The notes: generated by a model from the letters alone, not told the origin. A DNA stretch of 64,000 bases from an uncultured Candidatus Actinomarina sp. (GCA_902566515.1 CACFIX010000005.1:318-64317); one strand, 5' to 3'. Shown: positions 46,952-57,655, numbered from the stretch's first letter. Numbers and translations: made by a program.

Positions 46952-49592
46952 TAGTACCTATTAAACTTTCAAAATCTTCTTTTGTCTTTGTGAACACTCT
47001 AGATCCAGAACCTGGCTCCATAGTTACACCATATAACACATCTCCAGCATGCATGGTTTGTTGTTGATGTGTAACGATTATGTATTGCGCATCTTCTTTT
47101 ATTTTATCGAGCAAATTAATCATTCTATGAAGATTTGCATCATCAAGAGCTGCTTCAACTTCATCTAAAATATAAAATGGACTCGGGAAAGATTTAAATA
47201 TTGAAAATAAAAATGCAATTGCAGCCAATGATCTCTCTCCACCAGATAATAATGAAAGTTTTTTGATTTTCTTGCCCCTTGGTTGTACTGATATCTCTAT
47301 GCCAGTCTCTAAAATATTTGTTTTATCAGTGAAGGAAAGCGATCCTTTACCCCCTGGAAATAATGTTTCAAATATTTCAGAAAAATGTACAGATATAGAA
47401 TTAAATGACGATTCTATTCTGAATTCTATTTCAGTTTCTACTTCTTTAATGTTTAACAACAACTCTTTTTTTGAAAGCTGTAAATCTTGAATAGTAGACT
47501 GTATTTCTTCATATCTGAGATTTAAAGAATCAAAGTCTTCTTTTGCTAGGTAATTGACAGTACCTATCTCTTTTAACTTGTTTTCAAGAAGTTTAATTTC
47601 AGTTTCTAATTCACTTTGATTTGCAGCAATAATTCCATATTGATTAATTTGATCAATATTCAAACCATATATATTTACTAAATTAGAGTAATGATTGCCC
47701 TTAGAACTATCCGTTTCAGATTTTTTGATTGCTACATTAGTTAACTTATCTTTTATATTGAAAAGCTCATTATTTAAATTTTCAATCTGTTCATCTATTC
47801 TTTCAATTTTCTTATTAGAGTTTCCATATTTTTGATCAAATTTTTCAGATTCTATTTCTAATTTATTAGAAGCTGAGTTTGTGAACTCTATAAAAGTTTT
47901 TGCAGAATTTATTATGTTAGATAACTGTGACTTCAGATGTAATCTATCAATTCCCTCAAGATTATTTTTTACAATATTTAATTCAGTATTCTGCTTAGAA
48001 AGATTTTTTATTCTTTCTTGAGATGTAATAAGTTGATTGCTAATAAGACTAATATCTTGTTCTAATTTTTTAAGTTTATTTTCTAATTCATCTTTTTGTT
48101 TGTTTATATCAGATTTAAATTCTTCTTTATGAAAAATATTTGAAAGGAGCTCTTCTTTCCTAAGAAGTTCAGAATTTAAATTTTCAGAATCAAAATTAAT
48201 TTTAAGAATATTATTTTTATTGATGTCTAGTTCTCTTTGTATAATTTTTTTTGTATAAGCTGGAAATTCTTCAACTACATCTTTTGGAATTTGATACGAT
48301 TCTAATTTTATGTTTAAATCATTTAACAAAGATTCTGATATTTGTAGATCATCTTTCCACTTTGAAAATTCCTTTTCAAAAAGTTGTAAATCTTTATTTG
48401 TAATATCAATTGATTGTCTAATTTGTTTGATTTCACTTTCTAAAACTGCTTCATTTACCTCTGTAGAAGCAGATAGTTTTTTAATAATTTCTTCAATTTG
48501 ATACTTAATGTCTTCGCTTTGATTTTCTAGATTAATTAGGCTTTGCTTTTTATCCATCAACTGAGAGGTGAGCATTGATATTTGATTATTATTTTCATTT
48601 ATTTTATTAATAGTTTTATTGAGCTCTTCGGAAGCTTTAATTTCTTCACGTTCTAAATTATCTTTTCTCTCATTTGCAACTTGAGCTAAAGACCTAAGTT
48701 GCTCAGATAGATTTATAAATTTTCCAGAGTAATCTTTAAATGTTGAGCCTATTGAGTATCCATCACCAAGTTCATTATTTATATGACCTTTTTGATCTTT
48801 TAATGTTTTTAATCTTTTATCGATATCTGCTAAGTTTTGATATAAGGAATTTTCTTCAATTCCAAAACTTTTATATTTATCATCAAATTTTCTGAACATC
48901 ATAACATTCAGTTCAATAACTTTACTCTTTAGGAGCTTTGTACTCTCTTCATGTATTTTTGCTTTTTCTGCTTGATCTTGCAGAGGTTTAAGTTGTTTTT
49001 TAATCTCACGAAGAACATCTTTTGCTCTCTTAATTTCTTTCTCGCCAGATTCAATTCTTTTTAATGATTTTTCTTTCTTAACTCTAAGTGGAAGAATTCC
49101 AGCTGCCTCTTCAATGGTTGTTCTGTGATCTACAGGTTTAGAATTCAAAATTTCAGCTATTTGCCCCTGGGAAATAATGATATGTTGCTGCTTTCCAATC
49201 CCAACATCATTTAAAAATTCTTGAATATCTAACAAACGGCAATTTAATCCGTTCATAAAATATTCTGATGTACCATCCCTAAACAATTTTCTCCCAATAG
49301 ATATTTCAGAATTTCCATTGAATAATTTTTCATCCACTTCAAAATTCAAGTAAACTTCTGCAAAACCTTTTTGAGACAACTTTTCAGTACCAGCAAATAT
49401 AACATCTTCCATCTTATTAGTTCTTAAGGTTGCTGGACTTTGAGTACCTAATACCCAAGAAATTGCATCAACGACATTGGATTTACCAGAACCATTCGGT
49501 CCAACTATTACATTGACTTTATTTGATAAATCAACAATAGTTTTTTCATAGAATGACTTAAAGCCATTAATATCTAAAGATTTTAAATACAT
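46944..49592 (-). CDS. smc: SMC chromosome-condensation ATPase, shortened form
   Basis: 882 aa. 'INGFKSF', Walker A 'GPNGSGKSN', signature 'LSGGERSLAAIAF' and Walker B 'FYILDEVEAALD'. The middle is continuous coiled-coil-like sequence. Confidence 0.85.
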   Translation of the reverse strand: MYLKSLDINGFKSFYEKTIVDLSNKVNVIVGPNGSGKSNVVDAISWVLGTQSPATLRTNKMEDVIFAGTEKLSQKGFAEVYLNFEVDEKLFNGNSEISIGRKLFRDGTSEYFMNGLNCRLLDIQEFLNDVGIGKQQHIIISQGQIAEILNSKPVDHRTTIEEAAGILPLRVKKEKSLKRIESGEKEIKRAKDVLREIKKQLKPLQDQAEKAKIHEESTKLLKSKVIELNVMMFRKFDDKYKSFGIEENSLYQNLADIDKRLKTLKDQKGHINNELGDGYSIGSTFKDYSGKFINLSEQLRSLAQVANERKDNLEREEIKASEELNKTINKINENNNQISMLTSQLMDKKQSLINLENQSEDIKYQIEEIIKKLSASTEVNEAVLESEIKQIRQSIDITNKDLQLFEKEFSKWKDDLQISESLLNDLNIKLESYQIPKDVVEEFPAYTKKIIQRELDINKNNILKINFDSENLNSELLRKEELLSNIFHKEEFKSDINKQKDELENKLKKLEQDISLISNQLITSQERIKNLSKQNTELNIVKNNLEGIDRLHLKSQLSNIINSAKTFIEFTNSASNKLEIESEKFDQKYGNSNKKIERIDEQIENLNNELFNIKDKLTNVAIKKSETDSSKGNHYSNLVNIYGLNIDQINQYGIIAANQSELETEIKLLENKLKEIGTVNYLAKEDFDSLNLRYEEIQSTIQDLQLSKKELLLNIKEVETEIEFRIESSFNSISVHFSEIFETLFPGGKGSLSFTDKTNILETGIEISVQPRGKKIKKLSLLSGGERSLAAIAFLFSIFKSFPSPFYILDEVEAALDDANLHRMINLLDKIKEDAQYIIVTHQQQTMHAGDVLYGVTMEPGSGSRVFTKTKEDFESLIGTNE

Positions 49593-49656
49593 TTTTACCC
49601 TGTTGTTAACCTAATAATAGTAAAAAATGGAATAATTTGCTTTAAAATGAAAAAAT

Positions 49657-50592
49657 TTAAGAAACAGTTATCTTGACTGCCTTAGTGTTTTGAGAATTTA
49701 AACTATAAAGATTGCTTAAATATTGAAAGGGTTTTTCATTAACCATTCCTATTTCGTTTAAGTATTTAGTTGCAGCTAAATCTACTCCCCTTTTACTACC
49801 ATCAATACATTTAAACAAATATGATTCTTCGTTATTTGTAACAAATAGAACACCTTCAGCACCAGATTTAGCTAAAACTGTTCTGCTTGAATTGAGAATG
49901 ATATTTGTATCTGTTCGATTTTCACCACCAATAAGTAATGGGTTTGTATGGTAAGAATTAAACATATCAAACCAATTATTAGAGTATTCTGTAGTTTTTA
50001 TCTTATTAACCGCTTTTAGAAAAATATCAGTTCTTAAATGTATTGCTGGAAGACCACATCCGTCTGTACCAAAACCAATATCATTATCAGTGAAAATAAA
50101 TTGAAAGAACTCTTTAACTATCGATTGTGTTTTACTTTTAAAGGTATGATAAATTTTGTTATCTTCGTTGAGAATTTTTGAAAATAAAAGCATAGCAAGG
50201 TGCTTTCCTGAGCAGTTATGATGTAATTTTGTAAATTCTTTATTATTTTGTAGTAAATTATCAGCAGTAGGTTCATGAAATGGTCTTTGTTTTCCACAAA
50301 CTAATCTTTCAAGATCTAAATCATATTTTTTTGCAATTGTTTTAATTAATTCTGTATGAATTTCTTGACCAGAGTGAGAAGATGAAAATATAGCTATTTC
50401 TTCACTTGTTAATAATATATTTTGATTTTGGGCTTCATAAAGAAGAGGGATAAGTTGAAAAGGTTTAACAGCTGATCTTGGAAAAAAATAATCATATTCT
50501 TCTTGATCATTTTTATATACGTTAACAAAGTGAGTCGATTCAAGAGAACCGTCTCTATATAGTTGAACTTTTAATTTTTTAATTTTTGACAT
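49657..50592 (-). CDS. Asparaginase II family (Rhizobium etli-type) protein
   Basis: 311 aa. 'FPRSAVKPFQ', 'SSSHSG' and 'HHNCSGKH' fit the Asparaginase_II family pattern as I recall it. Confidence 0.6.
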   Translation of the reverse strand: MSKIKKLKVQLYRDGSLESTHFVNVYKNDQEEYDYFFPRSAVKPFQLIPLLYEAQNQNILLTSEEIAIFSSSHSGQEIHTELIKTIAKKYDLDLERLVCGKQRPFHEPTADNLLQNNKEFTKLHHNCSGKHLAMLLFSKILNEDNKIYHTFKSKTQSIVKEFFQFIFTDNDIGFGTDGCGLPAIHLRTDIFLKAVNKIKTTEYSNNWFDMFNSYHTNPLLIGGENRTDTNIILNSSRTVLAKSGAEGVLFVTNNEESYLFKCIDGSKRGVDLAATKYLNEIGMVNEKPFQYLSNLYSLNSQNTKAVKITVS

Positions 50593-51374
50593 TTCCTACA
50601 AAAATATGTAGCTCTTTGGTTAATGTATATTTTATCAATTATATGTTCGCAATTAAAACAATTTGTTTTGCTATATATTTTTAAATAATTCTGATTTGAA
50701 CCAAATTCACCATAAGGCAAAAAATAAGTCATATCACTTAAAGTTGTTCCATTGTTTTTAATTGCTAACTGCATAATTTTTTTTGTGTTATTAAAAAAAT
50801 CTTTCCAATTATTGCTACTTAAAGCATTTACTTTTGTTTCAGGGTGAATTCTTGACGCAAACAATATTTCGTTTGCATAAATGTTACCTATTCCACTCAT
50901 GTATTTTTGGTTAAGTATAAAATCTTTGATCAATAATTTTGATTTCTTACTTTTATCAATAATTATTCTTGATTGTTTTGTACTAATCTCCAACACATCT
51001 GGACCAATTTTATTCAAATAATCAATTTTTGATTCCGCTTTTATGATATTAATGAATCCAAATCTTCTAATATCATCAAAATTTACTGTATCTTTGTCAA
51101 AATAAAAACGGGCTCTTGTATGTTTATTTTTTTTATCGTTTACTTGGATTCTTCCGCTCATTCCTAAATGAAAGATGATCGAATAATGTTCAAAATCAAA
51201 AATTAAAAGTTTACCTTTTCTTGATATTCCTGATAAAGATTCTTTAATTGCTGGTTTTTTAGTATTATATCTATTTGTTCTATGATCATAAATTTTATAA
51301 TTCTCTAGTTTCTGACCAACAATATGTGAAGATAACGAACGTTTAATTGATTCTACTTCAGGCAGTTCAGGCAT
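50571..51374 (-). CDS. mutM: Formamidopyrimidine-DNA glycosylase
   Basis: 267 aa. 'MPELPEVE' and a C-terminal zinc finger 'CFNCEH...FCRKCQ'. Confidence 0.9.
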   Translation of the reverse strand: MPELPEVESIKRSLSSHIVGQKLENYKIYDHRTNRYNTKKPAIKESLSGISRKGKLLIFDFEHYSIIFHLGMSGRIQVNDKKNKHTRARFYFDKDTVNFDDIRRFGFINIIKAESKIDYLNKIGPDVLEISTKQSRIIIDKSKKSKLLIKDFILNQKYMSGIGNIYANEILFASRIHPETKVNALSSNNWKDFFNNTKKIMQLAIKNNGTTLSDMTYFLPYGEFGSNQNYLKIYSKTNCFNCEHIIDKIYINQRATYFCRKCQKLKN

Positions 51375-52044
51375 TTATTTTTTCTAGTGCTTGTTTCGCA
51401 GCTTCTTGTTGTGAACTTTTCTTTGACTTGCCTTCGCCAACTCCGATAATTTCTTTATCCAAATAAACTTGTGTTTTAAATATTTTATCATGATCTGGAC
51501 CAGTAGATGAGTCCATATAATTTACTTTTTTCCCAACTTTCGCATAATACTCTTGAAGTCTTGTTTTATAATCTTTCTGTCCAGGATTTTGAGAAAGCTC
51601 TTTTATGCTCGGATATATGTATTTAGAAACAAATCTATTTACTGCGGTTAATCCCCCGTCAAAATATAATGCTGCAATTAAAGCTTCTACTGCATCTTCA
51701 ATTATGGATGACTTGTTCCTACCTCCGGTAGAATCTTCTGCTTTACTTAAAAACATAAAAGATCCAATATTTATTTCATTACCTAATTTCACTAAATTCG
51801 TCTGATTAACAGCACTTGATCTTATCTTTGTAAGACTTCCTTCATCTAAATCTGGAAAATGTTTAAAAAGATATTCAGTTAAATCAAAATCCAAAATAGT
51901 ATCACCAAAGAACTCATAGCGCTGATTTGATATTAGATCTGGGTTTTCGTCTAAATAAGATTTATGAGTCAAAGCAATTTTTAAAAGTTTTTTGTCTTTA
52001 AAGCTATACCCTATTGTTTTCTCGAAATCTTCTATGCTTTTCAT
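51367..52044 (-). CDS. rnc: Ribonuclease III
   Basis: 225 aa. 'NQRYEFFGDTILD' plus a dsRBD ('GEGKSKKSSQQEAAKQAL'). Confidence 0.93.
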   Translation of the reverse strand: MKSIEDFEKTIGYSFKDKKLLKIALTHKSYLDENPDLISNQRYEFFGDTILDFDLTEYLFKHFPDLDEGSLTKIRSSAVNQTNLVKLGNEINIGSFMFLSKAEDSTGGRNKSSIIEDAVEALIAALYFDGGLTAVNRFVSKYIYPSIKELSQNPGQKDYKTRLQEYYAKVGKKVNYMDSSTGPDHDKIFKTQVYLDKEIIGVGEGKSKKSSQQEAAKQALEKINA

Positions 52045-53012
52045 AATTCACTTAATGCGGAGGAAAACTTACTGATTAAATCTTTTTTTACGGCAGTTTC
52101 TGTATATATAATTGCATTTTTGACTGCTTCAGAATTAGAAGAACCATGACCTATTGTGACTACTCCGTTTACGCCTAATAAATATGAAGCACCAGATTTA
52201 TCTGGATTAAGCCGATCTTTAACAGGTTGCAAAGCTTTTTTTACGGGAATTAACAAAGGTTTAAATAGATTATCTATCAGTGCTGAAGAAATTAGATTTT
52301 GCTGTAATTTTGCAGTACCTTCTAATGTTTTTAATACTACGTTTCCAGTAAATCCGTCAGTAACAAACACATCAGCTTTTTTTGTAGAAAAATCTCTTCC
52401 TTCTATATTTCCAACAAAGTTTAAATTACTATTTTTTAATAATTTATATGCTGCTTTTTCTACATCTCGCCCTTTAGTTTCCTCTTCTCCATTATTTAGA
52501 AGACCTACTTTAGGATTACCGATATCCATTATTACTTCAGCTAATTTTGCTCCCATTATTCCATATTGAAAAAGAACTTTTGGCTTTACATCTAAACTTG
52601 CTCCTGAATCAAGAAGAATTGTATTGCCGCTTAACGAAGGCAAGACAGAAGCTATTACAGGCCTAATAACTCCCTTGTGTTTTCCAAGAATTGAAATTGC
52701 ACTTATTAATGTGGCGCCTGTAGAACCTGCAGAAAATACTGCCTGTACTTTTTTATCTTTAAGTAATTCCATACATCCAACTATTGATGCATTTTTTTTA
52801 TTTCTTATAGCTCTTAATGGATCTTCATCCATAGAAATAACTTGCGGAAAATCAAAAACAGGTATTTCATGATTTTCTAAATATGGATCTATTAAATTTT
52901 TATCACCACATAAGACAACATCGACACCTTGCTCTTTCGCTTTTAGAGCTCCTTTAACGATATCGATTGGAGCAGAGTCTCCACCCATTGCATCAACAGC
53001 AATAGTATTCAT
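52041..53012 (-). CDS. plsX: Phosphate acyltransferase PlsX
   Basis: 323 aa. 'IAVDAMGGDSAP', 'FSAGSTGA' and 'TDGFTGNVVLK'. Confidence 0.93.
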   Translation of the reverse strand: MNTIAVDAMGGDSAPIDIVKGALKAKEQGVDVVLCGDKNLIDPYLENHEIPVFDFPQVISMDEDPLRAIRNKKNASIVGCMELLKDKKVQAVFSAGSTGATLISAISILGKHKGVIRPVIASVLPSLSGNTILLDSGASLDVKPKVLFQYGIMGAKLAEVIMDIGNPKVGLLNNGEEETKGRDVEKAAYKLLKNSNLNFVGNIEGRDFSTKKADVFVTDGFTGNVVLKTLEGTAKLQQNLISSALIDNLFKPLLIPVKKALQPVKDRLNPDKSGASYLLGVNGVVTIGHGSSNSEAVKNAIIYTETAVKKDLISKFSSALSEL

Positions 53013-53019
53013 AGCAAAT

Positions 53020-53202
53020 TTAACTTACTTCAGGTTCTTTTACTTGACGACCGTTATAAGTACCATCAGCAGGATTTACTCTATGTGATTGTTTTGCTAC
53101 GCCTGTTTCAGGGTCTACTACAAAATGAGGTCTAGATATTTTATGCTTAGCTTTTCTGCGTCTAGTTCTTGATTTAGACATCTTCTTCTTTGGTACTGCC
53201 AT
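53020..53202 (-). CDS. rpmF: 50S ribosomal protein L32
   Basis: 60 aa. 'MAVPKKKMSKSRTRRRKA'. Confidence 0.92.
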   Translation of the reverse strand: MAVPKKKMSKSRTRRRKAKHKISRPHFVVDPETGVAKQSHRVNPADGTYNGRQVKEPEVS

Positions 53203-53220
53203 AGCTATATTCCTTTCAAA

Positions 53221-53718
53221 CTACAAATCTAGCTGACTTAGGGAAGAAAATGGACTTTCTTTTAAGTTTTTTTCTTCACAATTACACTTAATTTTATTCA
53301 TATTATTACCGCAAATACCACATAAGCCTTTACATTTATTACTGCATATATAAAGTGTATCTAAATTATCGATTATTATTTCTGAAATAAATGGTTCTAT
53401 ATCTACATATTCTCTATCAAAATTAATTTCATAATCGTTCTCTATATCGATATTCAACTTAAATGAACTTAAATTTTTCATCTTATTTGTCTTTTTAGAA
53501 AGACATCTTGAGCATTCTGATTGATAAGAAAGTTCTAAATTAATATCGATATTTAATATTGAATCATCAACATAAAGTTCCGAAATTAAATTCACCAAAT
53601 CTTGTTCTTCTGTGAAATGATTTGCATAAGAAATTTCAAACTTCCCTGAAAGATTGACTACTAAAGGAACGGGAGAATTGACTATATCAATGATTTTTAT
53701 CTTTGAATTGAGCTTCAT
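53221..53718 (-). CDS. YceD/DUF177 family protein
   Basis: 165 aa. It sits in the conserved position upstream of rpmF. C-terminal Cys cluster 'CSNKCKGLCGICGNN'. Confidence 0.8.
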   Translation of the reverse strand: MKLNSKIKIIDIVNSPVPLVVNLSGKFEISYANHFTEEQDLVNLISELYVDDSILNIDINLELSYQSECSRCLSKKTNKMKNLSSFKLNIDIENDYEINFDREYVDIEPFISEIIIDNLDTLYICSNKCKGLCGICGNNMNKIKCNCEEKNLKESPFSSLSQLDL

Positions 53719-54221
53719 TAATTTTCTGGATTTTCTATGTTTCTGGGCTCACGTAGTTTATTTTTTTCATTTTCTAAAAAATTTGAAAGTTGATCAATTT
53801 TATTCTGAATGTCATCTATTCTCTGATCAATTGTATCTTCTATATTTGTTCTATATGTTTGCATCTCAACTTCAGCTTGTTTTATTATTGCATTTGCTTC
53901 AATTACAGCTTCCTGAATAACATATGAATTTGCAATCAATTTTTCAGATTCTGCCTTGGCATCATCTAAAAGAGCTTTCGATTCAATTTTGGCTTGATTG
54001 ATAAAACTTTCTTGTTCTCTTACAATCCATCTTGCAGTGCGCATCTCAACTGGCATAGAATCAATAATTTCATCAATACTCTTTAATATATCTTTTTTAT
54101 TAATTCTCCCCTTAAGAGTATTTGAATTTAATTGATTTCTTAAATTTTCTAATTTGTCTACTATTTCGATTTTACTTTCACCTTTAAAAACATCTTCAAA
54201 GTTTGTTTCAGAATTATTCAT
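53718..54221 (-). CDS. Coiled-coil protein of unknown function (ATP-synthase-b / DivIVA-like texture)
   Basis: 167 aa. It is rich in E/K/Q/I heptad-like sequence and sits between coaD and yceD. I recognise no diagnostic motif. Confidence 0.4.
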   Translation of the reverse strand: MNNSETNFEDVFKGESKIEIVDKLENLRNQLNSNTLKGRINKKDILKSIDEIIDSMPVEMRTARWIVREQESFINQAKIESKALLDDAKAESEKLIANSYVIQEAVIEANAIIKQAEVEMQTYRTNIEDTIDQRIDDIQNKIDQLSNFLENEKNKLREPRNIENPEN

Positions 54222-54678
54222 TGTTTAGCCTTTTTAAAACATCTGGTGGAACTAAAGAAGAAACATCCCCACCAAAAGAATGAATTTCTTTAACCATTGA
54301 ACTAGATAAATAACCAAATTCTGGTGAAGAAGGAATGAATATGGTCTCAAATCCAGCAAGTGTAGAATTTGCCTGAGCCATTTGAAACTCGTAATCAAAA
54401 TCTGTCATTGCTCTTAATCCTTTAACAATTGCATCTACAGAGTTTTTTAAGGCAAAGTCAACTAAAAGACCTTCAAAACTCATAACTTTTATATTTTTAT
54501 AGTCTTTAAATATTGCCTCAAGCATTGATGATCTCTCTTCACGTGAAAATAATGATTCTTTTGAAGGATTAACTACAACTCCAACAAGGATTTCAGTAAA
54601 GATTTTAGAACATCTTTTTATTACATCTATATGGCCATTTGTTGGTGGATCAAAAGAGCCTGGAATTAAAATTTTCAT
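54214..54678 (-). CDS. coaD: Phosphopantetheine adenylyltransferase
   Basis: 154 aa. 'PGSFDPPTNGHIDVI' and 'KGLRAMTDFDYE'. Confidence 0.93.
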   Translation of the reverse strand: MKILIPGSFDPPTNGHIDVIKRCSKIFTEILVGVVVNPSKESLFSREERSSMLEAIFKDYKNIKVMSFEGLLVDFALKNSVDAIVKGLRAMTDFDYEFQMAQANSTLAGFETIFIPSSPEFGYLSSSMVKEIHSFGGDVSSLVPPDVLKRLNNE

Positions 54679-55211
54679 AATTTCCTCAATATAAGAATAT
54701 TACTTTGACCATAATTTTTTTCTTTATGAATTTTATAATTTTTTAAAGTATCAAATTCTTTTGATGCTGTATGGCGGTGTATTACAACAAATCCATCATT
54801 ATTTAATATATTATAAATTTTCATGACCTCGTTTTTAACAACATCAGTTTCTATTTTGAAAGGAGGGTCATAAAAAACAATATCGTATGTACTCAAAGAA
54901 GTTTGTAAAAATTTATCGACACTAGATTTAGTGATTTTATAATTATTTTCAAATTCTTTTAAATTTTGCTTCAAAATAGTTATACAATCATTTGAATTTT
55001 CAATAAAAGTTACAAAATTCGCACCTCTACTCAAAGATTCAATTCCTAAACTTCCTGAACCGGCATAAAGATCTAAAATATCTTTATCTTCAATGTTGAA
55101 TTGTAGAGAATTAAATATTGATTCCCTTACTTTACTCATCATAGGTCTGGTTAATGGATCATTAATTGTATGAATTAATTTTGACTTATATTTTCCAGCA
55201 AGAACTCTCAT
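54675..55211 (-). CDS. rsmD: 16S rRNA (guanine966-N2)-methyltransferase RsmD
   Basis: 178 aa. 'DLYAGSGSLGIESLSRGA' and 'DPPF'. Confidence 0.88.
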   Translation of the reverse strand: MRVLAGKYKSKLIHTINDPLTRPMMSKVRESIFNSLQFNIEDKDILDLYAGSGSLGIESLSRGANFVTFIENSNDCITILKQNLKEFENNYKITKSSVDKFLQTSLSTYDIVFYDPPFKIETDVVKNEVMKIYNILNNDGFVVIHRHTASKEFDTLKNYKIHKEKNYGQSNILILRKL

Positions 55212-57334
55212 GTAGTTCCACTTGCTTTAAAATAATTTGGAAATAGAATTTGTGCTTCCTCAAACAGTAGTTTTTTAATATCTTCAGATTCAATTTTATC
55301 AAATATACTTTTTGATTCTAAAAGCAATTCATAATCATATCTCAAATCGGCTATCTTTAAATCAGATTGCCCAGATTGGCTTGTGCCAGTAACTTTACCT
55401 TCACCTCTAATCTCTAAATCAATTTCTGATAATTTAAAGCCGTCTTTTATATTTACAATCGCTTCTAATCTTTTCTTTCCATCTTCACTGATTGTATTTA
55501 GTGTTTTTTTCTTAGAAACATGAAAGATACATTCTGATTGTTTATCACTTCTCCCAACCCTGCCTCTTAATTGATGTAGTTGGTTTAGTCCAAATCTTTC
55601 AGCGCTTTCAATAATCATTAATGTTGCATTTGGTATATCTATTCCAACTTCTATAACAACTGTAGAAACCAAGATATCTATCTTACCATTCTTCATATCT
55701 TGCATTATTTGGTCTTTTTCATCAAAAGACATCTTTCCATGGAGAATTGAAACATTGTAATCCTTAAACTTTTCTTTATACTCAATGAAAACATTTTCAG
55801 CAGCTTGAATATCAACCAATTCACTTTCCTCGATGAACGGACAAACTACAAATATTTGTGATTTTTTCTGGAGATGAAAATTGCAAATATCATAAATAGT
55901 TTCGTTATCTTTTTTTGATCCCTCTATTAAATGGGAAGTGATGTCTTTTCTCCCAGGTGGTAATTCATTAATCGAAGAAATTTCTAAATCTCCATAAATT
56001 GACAATGCTGTCGTTCTTGGAATTGGTGTAGCAGTCATAACTAACTGGTCAGGAATATCTCCAGTTTCATTTATTAGCTTTTTTCTTTGCTCAACACCAA
56101 ATCTCTGCTGTTCATCAATAATGGCAAATCCAAGATTTGAAAATTTAATACTTTCCTGAATTAATGCGTGAGTACCAATATAAAGAGCTGGTTTACCTTT
56201 ATTTAAGTTGTTTAATATATTTTCTCTATCTCTAATTGATGAAGTAAGTAGATATATGTCACATTGATCTTTATTCATAAATTGATTAATTGAGGCAAAA
56301 TGTTGCTCAGCTAAAACCTCTGTTGGAGCCATTAATGCAACTTGATAGCCTGATTTAATTGCAGCATATGATGAAATAGTAGCCACGACTGTTTTTCCCG
56401 AACCAACATCACCTTGCAGCAGTCTTTTCATAGGATAATTTTTTCTAAAATCTTCTAAAATTTCATTTACAGCTTTTAATTGCGATTGTGTTAACTGAAA
56501 TGGGAGTTGGTTTATAAATTCATCTATGTCTGAATTAGAAAATGTGTAAACTAATCCTTTATTTTCATTCTTATATTTTGACTTTAGATTTTCAAATATT
56601 GACCTTAAATAAATAAACTCATCTAAAACTAATCTCCGTCTTGCATTTTTATAATCAACTTCGTTTTTTGGAAAATGAATCTTTTTTATACTTTGTAATC
56701 TATTTTCAAGAGAATGTTCTTTTATGATTTCAGAAGGTAAGACGTCAAATAATCCAGGTGTAAAATCATCTTTTGTCGACTCTAATATAGCGATAATTTC
56801 CTTTAACCCTTTTCTAATGCTTGCACTTGTCATGCCCTCTACTTTTTTGTAAATAGGTATAAAAGAACCCGTCTCATTTAATTCTTCAATATCAGTAAAT
56901 TTTTCAATAGCTGGATTTTTAAAATCAACACTTCCAGTTTTTTTAACTTCAGGCTTTCCAGAAACAGCAACTACTTCACCTTCTTTAAATCTAGACTCTA
57001 TATATTGAGGACCAAACCATTTAGCTTTTAAACTTCCTGATTCATCAGAAATACTAAGTGTTGCAATTCTCAATCTTGTCTTAGTAGTAAAAACAGAAAC
57101 TTTATCAATAGTTCCAAAGATAGTTACTTCATTATTTTCATCATTTTTATCGATTTCAGATATTAACTTAACCTTTGATCTGTCAATATGTGTTCTTGGA
57201 AAATAGCGAATTAAATCAGCAACAGTTTTTAATTTACTTTTTTTTAAACTTGCAAACTTTTTTTCGCCTATTCCCCTAACAAAACTAAGTTCTATTTCAT
57301 CTAAATATTTAAAGCTTCTTTCAACCACAATCAA
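55208..57334 (-). CDS. recG: ATP-dependent DNA helicase RecG
   Basis: 708 aa. 'LQGDVGSGKT', 'DEQQRFG' and 'QLHQLRGRVGR'. Confidence 0.93.
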   Translation of the reverse strand: MIVVERSFKYLDEIELSFVRGIGEKKFASLKKSKLKTVADLIRYFPRTHIDRSKVKLISEIDKNDENNEVTIFGTIDKVSVFTTKTRLRIATLSISDESGSLKAKWFGPQYIESRFKEGEVVAVSGKPEVKKTGSVDFKNPAIEKFTDIEELNETGSFIPIYKKVEGMTSASIRKGLKEIIAILESTKDDFTPGLFDVLPSEIIKEHSLENRLQSIKKIHFPKNEVDYKNARRRLVLDEFIYLRSIFENLKSKYKNENKGLVYTFSNSDIDEFINQLPFQLTQSQLKAVNEILEDFRKNYPMKRLLQGDVGSGKTVVATISSYAAIKSGYQVALMAPTEVLAEQHFASINQFMNKDQCDIYLLTSSIRDRENILNNLNKGKPALYIGTHALIQESIKFSNLGFAIIDEQQRFGVEQRKKLINETGDIPDQLVMTATPIPRTTALSIYGDLEISSINELPPGRKDITSHLIEGSKKDNETIYDICNFHLQKKSQIFVVCPFIEESELVDIQAAENVFIEYKEKFKDYNVSILHGKMSFDEKDQIMQDMKNGKIDILVSTVVIEVGIDIPNATLMIIESAERFGLNQLHQLRGRVGRSDKQSECIFHVSKKKTLNTISEDGKKRLEAIVNIKDGFKLSEIDLEIRGEGKVTGTSQSGQSDLKIADLRYDYELLLESKSIFDKIESEDIKKLLFEEAQILFPNYFKASGTT

Positions 57335-57418
57335 ACATTACCTAAAAAGTTTTAAAATGAAAGTACCTACAAATTAATAAATTAGTTATAGTTAGAATTG
57401 TATTTTGGAGGCAATATT

Positions 57419-57655
57419 ATGGCAAATAGGTGTCAAGTTACAGGAAGAGAACCACGCTCTGGTAAGAACGTAACCTTTTCTCATAAACGAAATCCACGAT
57501 GGTTTAAACCAAATATTCAAACAAAAAAATATTGGCTTGCTAGCGAAAATAGATGGGTAAAACTTAAAGTTAGCACAAGAGGAAACAAAATTATTGATAA
57601 GCGCGGAATAGAGTCAGTTGTTAAGGAAATTAGACAAAGAGGCGAAAAAGTTTAA
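57419..57655 (+). CDS. rpmB: 50S ribosomal protein L28
   Basis: 'MANRCQVTGREPRSGKNVTFSHKRNPRWFKPN'. GGAGG lies 7 nt upstream of ATG 57419. The longest ORF starts at TTG 57398. Confidence 0.93.
   Translation: MANRCQVTGREPRSGKNVTFSHKRNPRWFKPNIQTKKYWLASENRWVKLKVSTRGNKIIDKRGIESVVKEIRQRGEKV

Noticed and set aside
52156-52569. 137-aa plus-strand ORF inside plsX, plus an 82-aa ORF at 52624..52872
   Set aside because: Both are antisense shadow ORFs within plsX, and their composition is low-complexity.
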